Below are positions 24,498 through 48,600 of a stretch of 64,000 nt of DNA, one piece after another (the first letter of the stretch is position 1; each line of letters starts with the position of its first letter). A program made the translations under genes and the position numbers. The notes below the pieces were generated by a model. The model did not search any database, was not told where the DNA came from, and was given only the letters and a program-made list of their open reading frames with translations. Source of the DNA: Hormiphora californensis (lineage: Eukaryota; Animalia; Ctenophora); contig CM035360.1 in the NCBI GenBank assembly GCA_020137815.1, positions 5,332,001 to 5,396,000 of the forward strand, read 5' to 3'.

Positions 24498-26238
24498 CCT
24501 GATCGTCTTAGTCGTTATTTCACTCTTTTCTCATTCTCTCTCATTCAATCTGTTTGGTTTGGTTAGGATTTTACCGTATCGCCACTAAGCAGCACCTACT
24601 GTGGTTGGTCACATTATACCTGAGTGAGATCGAGTCGGCCAGCGACCGATGATCGATCTCACACGGAGCGAGAATAGGGGAAATGAGCCAACTACTGGTG
24701 GACCTCGTGGTATTATAATAACGAAGGAGAGCAAGTGCCAGTAACACTATATTGTAGAAACTTCTATCATTCTCTCCAACCCTCTCTCATTCTCAGTCTC
24801 TCTCCCCTCATTATCAAGGCTCTATCTCTCTCTCTCTCTCTATATATAGATCTAGTCTCAGCAACGAAAGGAATAAGTTACCCTTGCAAAAAATCAGAGG
24901 ATTTGAGGATAGAATCCAGGCTTTCTACAGCCTTATGAATTTATCGAGAGATAGAAAAGAGAGAGAGAGAGGAGAGAAAGAGGAGGAAGAATTCACCTTC
25001 TCGAGGGAGAAGAGAGGGTAGAGAGAGGAGAGAAGAGAGAGAGAGGAGGGAGAAGGACGGAGAGAGAAGTGAGAGGAGGAGAGAGAGATATTTTCCTTTT
25101 TACACCACTGCCACTGCACCTCTCCCAGTTTCTGATCAACTCGATCGAGAAAGGCCCCAAACAAGACTCCCCCCCCCCCTTGGTGTGTTTCTACACTCAA
25201 AAAGGAGAGAATGTGGTGTTGAAGAGAGGGAGGGAGAGAGATTCATATGAATATAACGAATTACAACACATTCTGCTGGTCTCACAACCCAGCTCTCACT
25301 TGCCTAATTAGTCCTAAGTCACGTGACTTTGAGTGAGACCGCAGAATTCATCCGGCGCTCAAAAAAAACGGTGTTGTTTTCAAAGTTTTTTGAGGTTTGC
25401 ACCCTAGACCGGTTGCCCTAGGAGTTTCAAAAAAACCCGGGAATCGAAAGAATGGACAATTTTGAGATACACACTTGACGATTTTTTTCGATTTTCTATC
25501 TCAATTTTGAGTGGACAGTCTGGTAAAGAGCTCTACCCTCTCAAAAATGAAGAAAACTGAAAAATGAAGTTGTTTACGGTTTTGATCACTGCGAACCTTG
25601 TAACTAACCGTTTTTTCACGGGGATTTCACTGGGCTGTAGGTGACGGTCTTGTGAATCCCACAGTGAAAAAAATTTGGAAAAATTCCGTTATTTGCTCTC
25701 TCGGCAAGCTTTTCCGTAAAACCCACTCAAATTTGCTAGTCTTTTGTGCGCAGCACACAGCAGATTCTGCGGTCTCACTACCAGCCCCTGAAATCGAAAA
25801 TCTCAAAAATCCCAGCTACCCTGAAAATCGCCAATGAGGTATGAGATTCTTGCGGCAGGCCCCCCCCCAGTGGGTTAGTGTTAGATATTACGGTCAGCGT
25901 TATTGTCAGTTTTGCTGTCAGTTTAGGATTAGTGTCGTAGTTTGGTAAAAAAGTTACCCCTCCGGCCTCCCTTGCCGGCGCGAAGTGGAGGGTTTGTTTC
26001 GTAACCAAGATATATTAATTGGGTCAATACTCAATACTATAGAGTAGAAAGCAACCTACAGACAGTGAATGTACAAATTGAGTTTGTTTTTATGTAGAAA
26101 AGGCCTGGAAAATTGAGTTTGGCCTTGTTTTTTTTGGGGAAAACTAAATTACTATTCGACTTTAACCCCAACTCCTCTCTCCCTTTCAGCAACAGTGACG
26201 GTGGGGAGACAGTCGTTTCTCCGGATAAGGACTTGTGA
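18292..26238 (+). CDS. MXD: MAX-network repressor of MXD/MAD/MXI1 (MNT-related) type: SID + bHLH(-ZIP)
   Basis: Exons 18292-18346 (MSLDVLLEAADVLE = Sin3-interaction domain), 18437-18560, 18657-18719, 18811-18870, 19038-19218 (RSIHNQMEKNRRAQLRVYMNNLRDVIP...TTLTLLQNARAYIE = bHLH), a probable corrupted zipper exon at ~19350-19480, 21842-22121 and 26190-26238 (stop). Confidence 0.88.
19701..19780. repeat. 40-bp direct tandem duplication
   Basis: CAGTTTTCAGCACGATTTTCAGCAGATTGGTTGAA(A/C)TGGT x2. Confidence 0.85.
20208..21670. mobile_element. Non-autonomous palindromic DNA transposon, Chapaev (CMC)-like
   Basis: 709-bp arms (20208-20916 / 20962-21670) with one mismatch seen, 45-bp spacer, CACGG...CCGTG termini, and 4-bp TSD ACCC (20204-20207, 21671-21674). 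Confidence 0.85.
22580..25790. mobile_element. Foldback-type non-autonomous element with ~1-kb imperfect TIRs
   Basis: CAGGGGCTGGTAGTGAGACCGC... at 22580 is mirrored at 25790; the arms match through about 23500 / 24880, including mirrored CT/GA tracts; AAATC flanks both ends. Confidence 0.8.
23879..24453. mobile_element. Innermost MITE-like element
   Basis: GTATCAGACATC(T/C)AT inverted repeat at both ends; multiple internal GACAGTTAGG / CCTAACTGTC motifs. Confidence 0.55.
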
Positions 26239-29200
26239 CGGGTCGATATACACCAAACATCCCCTCCTGATAGTATCCTAGAGTTGTGATATCTCTCTCC
26301 TAATAATTTTACAATGTTAGAACTCCCCCTAATAATGTTTAAGAGTGTTAACTCCCCCCTAATAATGTTATACCTCCCCTCTGAATGTGTGTTAAATACA
26401 TGATATATATAATGACATCCGATTTACTATTAAAGCCCTTTCAAACCATTGATTGTTGCCCCTCCACCTCACCCCTTTTTTGTTGGTTGCGCTCGGACTG
26501 CCCCTTAGTTCTAATATGATCTAGGGGTGGTTGTCAGATCCGCTTCTAGCTGATATATCTTGGAGATATCCCCCAGATATATAATACTGGTCGATATCCT
26601 CCCTCCCCCTCGAGCTTCTCGACATTGTTAGTCGAGTGAGTGATATAAAATAATAAATCGTTTGTACACAGCCGGGCCCCTGTTGTAAAAATTTGAAACA
26701 AAAAATACCCCTTTTTTTATGGAAAATATAACCCTTTTCCCCGGGCCATACAAATATTTTGCAAACCAGGAGGGAAGGGAGGGGAAAGGGGAGAGGAGGA
26801 GGAGGGGGGGGGAAGGAAAAAACAAAAAAGGGGAACGAGAAGAAAGGAGAGGGGGATGAGAGGGAGACCCTTAGCGAGGAGAGAGAGAGGGGGAGGGGAA
26901 CGGACGAGAGAGAGGGGCGGGATACAAAACTTCTCTTTTTCCTCCCCCCCTGGCCTCGCTCCCCCCTCTCTCTCTGGCCTCCCCATCTCCCCCTACCCTC
27001 CCCTCTCCTTGAACGGGCCTGCAATTGCAGATAGAGAGGCGATCTTTTGTCAAGTTGTCTGTATTGATTTGAGTCCCATCCCCCGTACGCGTATCGGTTC
27101 CCCCTTTATGATTCGTGTGTGCAGGTCTCAGGTCCCCTTTTTTCTTTTGGATCTGGTCCTGTACTCACAAAAAACACACAACCAAGTCTCCCAATATTTT
27201 ATAGCTCCCCTTATTTTTTAGTAGCCCTGCCTTCCCCGGCCCTAATGACAGTGCTGATTTAGCTACATCCCCCCTATGTGTGTTATATCCCCTCTCTATA
27301 ATATACAATCTTGTTATTTCGTGAACTACTCGAGTTTTTTAATACCGTCTCGAGCAGCGTGAGAATCTGTGTGTGGTCAATATTTCTATCTTTTTGATCT
27401 GCAAAATATCGGGCCCCATCGGGGTCTTCAAGATCTATTTCAAAGGACTAAAAAAAGAGACTTTCTCGAATTGTTACATGTCTCAAGAGAAGATCATTTT
27501 TTCGGAGAGTGTGTTTGTGTTTTCATGATTGTGTGTACAAACAGGCGTTATATTGAAAGTGTGTTGCTTTAAGATCACGTGAGAAGATTTAGTCGGAAGA
27601 GATTGGTTTGTTTTTGGAATTCTCCGAAATATTTTCCAAAGCTCACCTCCCTCTCTCGGCCTTGAGACCTTGGCCATTTTGTGCCATTTGTGCCATTATT
27701 TTCTCAATTCTCTCTCTCTTTATATATTATCCACGGTTATGTGACCGTGTCGCCCTTGCTTCGTGTGTGCGAGGTGTGTGCGTGTGTATTCTGAACGTCT
27801 ATATTTATTGTACATATTCAATTTTCAGGAATTTCGTTCTGAAGAAAAAATACGCTTCCGTTTTTAATTTGCCCGTGAATCCGGTTCAGCCCATGCTCGT
27901 GCCATGTGTTTCTCTCAGAGTGAACTGTGAGTTCTCTCTGTTCTCTCACTCGAGACACGTGAGCGTAACACGTGGGTTACATGTTTGCTGGGCGCGCAGT
28001 AGTTAAGGAAAGAGTACTCTTTTCAGCATTTATAAAAGCACATTTTAGGCGCGCAATTGGAGAGCGGCGTAGCAACCGCCAAGTCAATTTGCCCCGCCGG
28101 CCCTGTGGAACAAAGGGAGAGCAGGGGATCGTGTTGTATCGGGAATGTGGGGGCTCATTAGCCCATTATTAGGTCTCATACCACTTACACACACGCCCCC
28201 ACATACACATGCAAGGGGGCTCATCTATCCACACGGAGAGATTCAGTTTACATTCAGAGTTAACTTTTCCTCTTGAGCTTCCTATTTTCCTGTTCCAATT
28301 CTTGAATTCCATCGGTATTCGGCACCCTGTATTATAAATTATAATAGGGTATACTAGTGCTACCATTGGCAAATGGTAGCACTATAAGCTTGTTTGCAGG
28401 TTTGCTAATGCTATAGCACTCAGCATTGGCCGAAATCACTCTTCGTACATACTTGTAGGTTTATGTAACTGTGAACCGGGACGTGTAAACTATAATTGTC
28501 AATGTAATCATAATAGTCAGTTTAACTGTTTTTATATCTGAGTATCTGACTGCCAAGTGGCACTGGCAAAGTTACATGGCTTCGTATTCAATGTCTTATC
28601 ATGATCTGATTCGGCATTGGGAATTGAATGCATTGTCATATTGATGTTACTTGTTGTTGTACTTGTGATAGTTGTAGTTGACAGTTGTACTGAGTACTCA
28701 GATTAGAAGAGTGTACACGTTGTGTTTGTATTTTTACTACAACAAGAGTCAGTTGTACTTGTAAAACTAAACTCTTGAGCTGCTGCTAGACTAGCAGTGC
28801 TAGTTGGTAGTACAACTTGTACTTATTGAGTATCAGTAAGGGCCAAGGGGTGCTATAGAGTCACTCGAGTGGCGCGAGGTGGGATGAAATTCAAGATTCG
28901 GTGAAACTCAAACACAATTCTGCAGAATCCAGTCAGTCAATGCGCGAATTCTGCAGAATTACCAAACGTAGCGCGCTGAAGATTCAGTGTTACTATGCAA
29001 TTCTGAGTGCGCGTTAAAGAAAAGAGAGAACTTGTGCGCGCGCGTAAAATTTCTGATTGAAAACTTAAAAATCTTGAGTCTTGACCACTTTTTAAAATCC
29101 TTCCGGCCTTTTTTTGCAGTTTGTTTTCCCTGGCTTCTGCCACCATTTCTGCATCAAATACCACCGTTTACTGGGTCAAATTTTGATGAGCAGCCCCGCC

Positions 29201-29348
29201 AATAAAATGAAACGAATTTCTGCGGCCCAATATCCTATGCGGTCCATGGGCAAATTGCCGGGTCGCCATCGCAACAAAAGCTTCGAAATGACTTATATCT
29301 GGTCAACAGTATTTTGATAATGGTATTAATATTCGTTTCTCCTAAGCA

Positions 29349-39947
<10,599 letters not shown>

Positions 39948-41285
39948 GTCATCGTTCTAGAAGAATGACATTACGAAATGTTATTCGGGGCTCAGAGAGA
40001 TGGAGGGAGAGAGAAGGACAGAGTGAGCGAGACAGAGTGAACATATTTAAAGACAGGAATGCGACTATGCCCCTGCCCCAACAGTGTTGTTGGTTCGAGA
40101 TTTGGAAAGAGAAAGAGAGAGATCAGAGATCAGAGAGATCAGAGAGTGATCGAGATCGGAGCGTTTGCTCGATACAAAAGGACAATGTTATTTTGATTTA
40201 CACACAAAGTTGTTTTTAAGAAATAATAATTATATACACTATCCTTTACCTTTCATACACAACCAGATATCAGCGTCTTTTTCAGTTCTTCAGAATTACC
40301 TTGATCTACTGAACCCCTCACAGAGAAATAAAATGCGGTGTGTCGTGTGAGCCACGCTAGAATTCCATAACGTATAATACCGTAACTATTGCGGTCAATA
40401 TAAAGATTGTGTCAATAGTCGGGGTGATATGAGTCAAGTTTCGTTAACTGGGTAGTGTGATATGGGTCTCTCATTCCTCTCTCGTGTCTGAATTATTATA
40501 ATTTCCCATCAAGAGGGGCTCGGTATGCGCTATTGAAAACTGGATTATGCTCCCTGAACATACCTATCACATTGGAATGTGAGAGGTCCCATTCACTAAA
40601 ATCCGGCAAATAGGGGGGTCAGAGCGAGATCATGACTGCAGTGAGAGAGGGAGGGGGAGAGACGCGACCCGTTGGTATTTTGTGTAAGGGAGGAATTTTC
40701 ACAGTCCAAGAGAGGGGGACCTGCTGTAACGCGCCGTTCTCCAAGTTTGGGCTTTGTTTGAACAGCGCAGGACGGCGCGCGCTCGGCCGGTGTAGAATAG
40801 CGCTGGTAAGCGCTCTCTGGGTGTGAGTGTGAGCCACAGGAATGTGAGAGACGGGGCACACGAGGCATGGTAACCATGGTAACCCAGAGCGTGCTAATTC
40901 AGTTATACCCCAGATTACATTTAGTCTGACACCTCGAGAGATTGGGATTCATAGTGCCCTATTTTCCGTCCCGAGTCACTGAATGCCAGTTGTCCAATAT
41001 TAAACCACTTCCACAAATCAATAACAAATTGTTTTCCAAATGAATGAATTGTTTTATAAGATATATACATTACGCATATCATACAGCAGTACATTATAAT
41101 ACATGTTTCTCTCTCACACACAATGTCGGTAGTACTATCAATGATAGTTTATCATTTCTAAAATCCGACGGGCAAAATATTCACACTTCATTCACTCTCT
41201 CAGTCTCTCGGGGGAAAAAATACCACTCTGTATTCCATAATTTAAACACTAGGGGTCCATCATTTCTCTGTCCATCTCTCTCTCT

Positions 41286-44200
41286 CTAGAACAGACCTAG
41301 CTCCTTCTTCACCTCCTGCTGGCGCCACTCGCTGAACTCACTCTGGTACTCGTCTCGGGAAATTCCAAAAGTTCGCCGGAACTCCGTGTCAGATATGTAT
41401 TCCTCTAGGTGTGCCTTGTCCAGTTCGCTGGGGAGCAGGGCCTTGGGACACTTTTGGAGGTCCTTCACACGTACCATCTGGGGGAGAGAGGGGTGTGTTA
41501 GGGGACGAGAAGGGGTGCAGGGCTGTCAGAGCATTGGCTGGGGTGGGGTGGGTTGGTTATTTAGAATTTAGAAAGTGTCGTCAGATGTGTTATCAGTGCA
41601 TCACAGACTTCTTTCTTTAGAAAGTTCGACGACGATCATGAGAAGAGAGCGATAAGTAAAACTTATAAGTGTTTAGATAATATTGATAGATTCTACGGTA
41701 TGCATTGCACCAAGGTAGTTACTATCTTGAGGCAAGCGTGGGTTGAAGTTATGCAAGTACAGTAGGGCTCTTTGTTCTACCGTAAATTGAGCAAGTTATG
41801 GTATTTGCATGTGTTTACAAGGTAACAATATAGGTTTATCACCCATTACTCAATAACGTATAGTGGGGTAAATAACTCAATAGGGAATTGTTTCCATAAA
41901 GCAGCATAGCGTGAACACAACCCAAAACAAGACACTATTACTAGTAACAACGGCAATAAGTGGCAGTAGTCCGTAGGTGAAACCTATCTGGCAGCACCGA
42001 CCCGATCTGAGTGCACTGTAGGCGGTGCCAGACAGGTATAGGAGCTGTGAACCAACACAACAAGATTTGTTGAACAACACAACAAGAAGGGGAAGCTGAC
42101 AACAATACTTCATACTTGGGAAATATGGTCCCGGCTAAGTTAGCTTGTTTGGATTGCGATCATTTCAGCGATTTACGGTCTGACAACAGAAAGGGTACAT
42201 TTGAAATACAACAATCCCTGATGACACCAAATCATAATGTAGAGATCTGCTAGAGACACCATATTGGAGACAGGAATGACGATTGACGAATTTAGACGAC
42301 ACTTTGCGACTTTGCAGCGGGTATAGCACATGGTTACTTTCTGGTTACCGGAATTTGAATCTAAAATAATCCCATTCTGCGTTTAATTAAGCACTGCCTC
42401 CAGAACGGAAGCTCTGCGTACTCTCCCCTTGTCATTCGGAAGTTTCGGAAGGAACTGTGAATCAGTGATATAGTCCTCCTAGTCTGCAGCGGTTCAGACA
42501 GGGTGGGAGGAGGAACTTGGGGCAACGCTGGATATCGTACAGACTCAATACCTGGTTTGTTGAGTAAGGGATAGAGAACTTACTCAACAAGGTTTGGTTG
42601 GAACGGTCCGTGGTAGTTGTAAGTTGACTTTTGGGATGGCAATGTTCAGCGTTTATATACGACAAAACGAAGATACATTGTCAACTGATGGTCGATGGTA
42701 GACAACACAAGTTACAAAGAGACACAGGAACCTCTGTGCACGACATGTCACTCTCGTTAGCGGTTTAGTATTGACATGGTGACTTGTTGAGTTAGGGTTC
42801 CATAAATCGGGACTGTACGACCAGACGACTCACGAGACATTCTGTTGACAACTTCTAGACACGCCATCTCCATCTATATGACAAAAACTGAGAAGCTGAT
42901 TTACTGCATTTAGGTACCAAACTCTTGAGTGAGTACTACCAGAAAAACAATAGTTCCAGCACAACATGTGTTTTACTTACAATACAGTCAGGGGGACAGT
43001 CTGCAACTTCCTTGGCCAGTTTCCGTGCCAGTCGGTATGCCTCAGCGTCAAATGGCTTCACAGGGGAGGGGGCTGAAATGAGGATAGAGGATGAGATACA
43101 GTCAACTAGGCTCTACTATAATACACGACTCTCTAAAATCTGTTCTTCCTGAAATAAAACCAACGGTTCTTCCCTATTGGATAGGGTGAATACATCAACT
43201 GATATTTATGAGACTCAATCTAACGTGGCAACACATGACCTTTTCAATTAGTGAAGTGTTTACTAAACAATTGATGTACTAATCTCAATACTCACATCGT
43301 GGTTTCTGGCTGCCTCGCTGGGGAGACTCAATGTTATTGATTATCCTGTTCACAATCTCCTTAGGAGGACTATCACGGGTTCGGGGGTCAATCTCTCCGG
43401 ACACCCTGTACGCAGTGCTCCCGGGAGCTCCATTAGACACACCCCTCTGAAATAAATGTTTGTGTCAGAGTGACACTCTAAAGAAAAGTTTCCAGTTCAT
43501 GTTTTAGAATCCACAAGAACCCGTTTCTAATTCAAGTATTAAAAGTAAATGTTTTTACCTTGGATCGGTCGGGGCTGGAGAATCGTTGGGGTGAGGGAGT
43601 CCTATGTCGGACAGGGCTGGTATTCTTGTTGGGGCTGCCAGCTCCAACAGGTGCTCGAGGTGGGGATCCCTTCCTGCTGCATTCCCATCTAATGGGCTGG
43701 GATACCACGGGGCTCATGGGCCGGCGGGTAGCCTGGACCTTGTGGAGATCTTCACCCAACATTTGTACCTGGCGGAGGAAGGAGAGGTTATTATGTGAGG
43801 GTAATCTAACAACCCTATACTAGAATTATCACATCATTACCATACATAGCAACTAGAACTATGACTCATAGTTGCTAGGGTGATACTCATAGTATGAGTG
43901 TCACCCTAGCAACAACGATTCGTACCTGCATATAGTTTCCGAACTTGTTAACCTCGGGAGGAATGTGGAAGTTAGGGATACAGTTGGGGTTGTTGTTTGG
44001 ATCAAATGCTACACTCTCTTTCCTGTCTTTCCTGTTAGTGGGGAGGGATGGAGTTAATAAACTGCTGTTTACGGGAACAAAAATTAAAAAATCGATCGAT
44101 ATTTCGGTTCGTTAGTCTCTCATAAAGATGCACTTACGGGCCCTTCACGTCACATGGCTCTTCGATACTGGGAGGCTCTGGCATTCTGGGCAATAGCAAG

Positions 44201-45636
44201 ATGTTAGCAATTATAGCAGATAGCAATCACTCTGTCTCTGTCTCTGTCTCTGTCTCTGTCTCTGTCTCTGTCTCTGTCTCTGTCTCTGTCTCTCTGTCGC
44301 TCTGTCTCTCTGTCTCTCTGTCTCTCTGTCTCTCTGTCTCTCTGTCTCTCTCTTTCTATCTCTCTGTTCACCTGTCTCTCTCCTCATCATCTTCAGCGGG
44401 AGGGGGCAGGTCACACAGCGGGGTGTGGAGCTCACCGGAAATACTATCGAGATCCCTGTAGGGTAGCGCACACGTATAGCATAGCAATATATTACATAAT
44501 GTGCTATTGTTAGCGCAATAAAGAGAAGAATTTGTGTTTATGAAGGAGCAAAATAGCATTTTATGAAGGAGCACTGTGTTGCTTTATGAAGCATTTCTTT
44601 GGATCCATGCAATAACTTACTTGTCGCACTCCTTTCCTGAAAAGGGAAGTTGATATTAGACGATCAGCTAAAAATTAAATAGAGAAAAGTGCTTTGCTAT
44701 GCATAGCTGGGATTACGATTAAAAATCCGATGGGTCCCCCGTCCAACCCCATAAATCCCGGCTGATGTTATGAAGCAGTTCGCACATTTGGGGACAAATG
44801 GGTCAGCACCACAAGAATAGTAGCTTTTAGCAATTCTTCATCGCCCAGCTCTATAGAAAACACAAATGGGATCCAGCCGACTGACAGCATGGCGACTGAC
44901 CGGTTTTCCCCTTGTTGGCCCTATTTTTCCACATGACAAACTTGGGCACGAATTTGTGTATTGTGTAGGGTGGGGACGATGGTCGAGCAGGGGAGAGACT
45001 CTCGACCTGCTTGCTAGGACCGGGACCATCACAGTCACAATCGACTGGTGGTGATGCGTCCTTGCCCCCTTTACCTACACAGGTGGTGTGGATGGGTGAA
45101 ATAATGATATTGGAATCAATGACGTGTTTTATGAAGGAGCAGTTATAGTTCTACTTAATGACGTGTTTTATGAAGGAGCACTTACCCTGCTCTTCCTCAG
45201 CCTCCTCAGCTTCCTGGGCCTCTTCCTCTGTCTGGCAGCTCGTTTCGGCTAACTGGGGTACCAGGAACTTAAGGGTACCGTGATCGTTACTCAGTCGGAT
45301 CAGGGTGGATCCGTATGCGCCCTGGGAGAGAGGGGGTGTTAGGAAATTTTTAGCTTAGTGTGTTTCACTTCAGTGGACAAGAGTCTTAAAATTATGAGCT
45401 CGTGATTGGACCTAGTTGTCGGTGATATACGGTGGTAATAAACTCCATGACTGATGATAAATCTAAGTTAATAATTGGTATATCGCATCAGGTTTGCTTT
45501 GACGTCGAACAATTATCGTTATTAACCGATTAAAAGAGCAAACAGACCACCAATCACCCTCAATCGGCAACCAAAATAATATCAGAAAATTAGAAAAGAG
45601 ATAGATAGAGAGAGAGAGAGGGATAAATAGTAAAAT

Positions 45637-45685
<49 letters not shown>

Positions 45686-48600
45686 GATGGATAGAGATAG
45701 ATGACTTACAAACTATCTATTACTACCTGAAGAGTAAGGGCATACAGGCCGACAAGTAGTCCAGGTGGACTCAACAGAGGTACACTCAGTAGGTCATGAT
45801 GACAGTAGGACGACACACGAACAAGGGATGTGATAGTTGCGAAGTGAGGGGGGCCACCCTGCAGGATGTGTCTCATGTGTCTGGGTGTGTGCCACCTGAG
45901 ATGCGCACATGGTTACCATGGCAACCCGGCCCACTCCCAGGGTCCAGGATACCCGTTATTTGGAAGTGGAAAACAGCTGAGTAGTTAGAGATCCCTAATA
46001 TGATGGGGTTTTAGGATGGATTGGTCGATTTGGATGGTTCTTGGAACTCATGTTAGTCAACCAAATTCTGCCTTCGAATCCAATTCACATGATCCACGTG
46101 GCATGTTGTATGTTTCGCATCCGAGCTGGTATCGAAGCAAACCGTTAGAGGAGAGAGAGAGAGAGAGGAGGAAGAAGAAGAGGAAAAAGGAGAGAGAGAA
46201 GAGAGAAGAGGAAAAAGGGAAAAGAGAGAAGGGGAGAGAGAGGGAAAGGGGAAGGGAAAAGGGTTTAAGGGGGGAAACCCAAAGGTTTGGGGGAAAAAAA
46301 GTGTGGGGGGGAGGGAAAAATGGGACAAAAAAAGGGGCAAAAGGACCAGGAGGAAGGAGGCTGGAAAGGGGGGGGGAAAAAATTTGGGGTTTTTATTGGG
46401 GGGGGGGTTTTTCTCCCCTTTTCCTTTGGAAAGGGGAAACATATTTATTTAAAAGGGCTGGGGGTCCTTAACTTTTTAATGTTACCATGGTAACCAGTAG
46501 GGACGGAAAGGGGGAACCCTACTAAAAACACCCCACCGGAAAAGGGAAAAGGGGCGGGTAGACAGTGGTCACGAAAAAAAAACCCCCAAGTGGGGGGGGA
46601 GAAAGAGGAAAAGGGGGGGAACCAAAAGGGGGGGGAGGAAGGCAAAGTAGGGGACCCGCGGGAGGGGCCAATGGGCGGGTGGGGAATGAGAGGCGCAAAA
46701 GGAAAAGGGGGGGGAAGGCCCGGAAACCCAGGGCGGAAGGGCCGGAAAAGTGGGAAAACCAAGGGTGGTATTAGAAAAGGAGGGGTTTTGGGGAAATTGG
46801 GTTTGGGGGAGGGAGGGAAAAACCCCCAAAAGGGTTGGGGAAACCCAAGGCCTTGGAAACCAAACCAAGACCCGGGGGGGCGGAAAGGTTTCGCCCAAAG
46901 GGGATAAAAGCCAAACCGGGGAGGGGAACCAAAAGGGGGGAGGAGAAAAAGGAAAAAGGGAGGGGGATGAGAAAACAAAGGGGAAAGACCCGGGGAAAAG
47001 AAAGAAGAAAGAGGGGAGGCTTAAAAGAGAGGAGAGGGGAAAAAAGAGAAAAGGGAGGAGAGAGGAGAGAGGAGAGTATGAGGGGGGGAAAGAGGAGAGA
47101 GGGATTGGAGGGGAGAGGGGGGAGGAAATGAGTTAAGAGGAAGAAAGGATAAAAAAGGGGCGGGAAAAAAAGAGAGAAGAAGAGGGGGGAAAGAGGAAAG
47201 GGAGAGAGAGAGAAACTGCCCGGCCCACAGGGGAAAGGGGGGGGCAAATTTTCATAAAAAATTTGAGGGGCCGGGTTTTTTAAAACCATTAAAGAGCTCC
47301 TGCGGGGGGGGAGGGTAAGTGGTTACAAGAGATAAAAGTCGAGGGGTTCCCGGGGGTTTTACCGCGTACAGGAGCAGGACTGGTCAGGGGGGGGACTTTG
47401 AATTTTTGGGACTTTGCCCCAAACCGATCCTTTGGCCCCGTGGGAAAAAGGAAGTAAATTTTTGAAAGGGGGAAAATATTAAGGTTCCCAAATGGTAACA
47501 GCGGGTTGGGGGCCCCGGAAAACAAATAAGAAATTGGAATGCTACCTCTCTCCCCCAAGTGCTTTCCCTTTTTCAGTTTTGGACGCCCCCCCAAACCCAA
47601 CCAAACCCCCCCAACCTTAATTCATTTTTGTATTGGGGGACAAATGAGGAGAATTCAAAGATTTGGGAATAACGCAAACTAAATTTAAAGCTGCCATTTG
47701 CAAAAAAGAATTCACAAAACTCTTTAAAATTTGATTTAAACCGGTAGTTTTTGGGTTTCAGAAAAAAATCAAGGGTTTCTCTTTTAGACCACACTAAATA
47801 ATCCGACAGGTCCTGCCAACTCCTTTTGGGGGACGGTTGGGTCACAGGTGACTACAATTATAACATCACTCACCGGTTCCATGGCATCTCTCTGCTCTCT
47901 CAACCCACCACCACCACCGCCGCAACCACGACCACCCGGTGTAGACTTGTCTGGAGCATCATCTAGACCAGGTTCCTCTTTTTACCGCTTCACCATCACC
48001 TTACCAGCCCCCATTCTCGTTTTAGACATACTAAAACTTTCCCCACTTGGGGCGGGGTTTTGGGAAAATCCCCACCTTTGGTGGGGTTTTTCAAAAATTC
48101 CCCAAAATAAAAAGTTTCCGATCATTTTTCCAAATATATGGGGTTTTGGTTTTGGGATCAGGGGAGGGATATTTCCACACAAACACACTACTAGTACAAG
48201 CTCTATGTAGACACAATCTTCTCGGAAGAACGGAACGAGAGAGAAGGATAGAGAGAGAGCGAGATGGTTTGGACGGCCTCCCATTGGGCAGTCTATCTTT
48301 TTTTTCTATCATTTTCCGCCAAACCGGAAAATTTTACCAATGGGGGAAACTCAGTAAAATTTGTCACGTGATGTTTAATTTCAATACATGCAGAATCCAA
48401 ACAGCCCGGAAAAAGGGGAGTCGGGGGAGGAAAGAGAGAGAGGGGAAGAGAGAGCGGAGAGAGGAGAGGAGGAGATTTTTGAGACGAGAGAGAGGGGAGA
48501 GGAGGGGAAGAGAGAGGTTTTTTGGGGAGAGAGAGAAGGGGGAGAGAGGGGGGAAGAGAGAGAGGGGAGGGGAGAGAGAGAAGGGCGGTCATTAATGTCT

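Larger units (their letters stand above)
22140..25867. mobile_element. Outer MITE with poly-G/poly-C termini and apparent 7-bp TSD, interrupted by nested elements
   Basis: G(n)CCTGCCGCAAAAATCTCA ... TGAGATTCTTGCGGCAGGC(n); CAGTGGG at 22133-22139 and 25868-25874; repeated GAGATTTTTG motifs. Confidence 0.7.

Noticed and set aside
22370-25837. Mirror-image ORFs (22426-22743, 22485-22805, 25652-25837) and ORFs 60749-61129 / 63305-63586
   Set aside because: They arise from transposon TIR sequence and show no transposase motifs.
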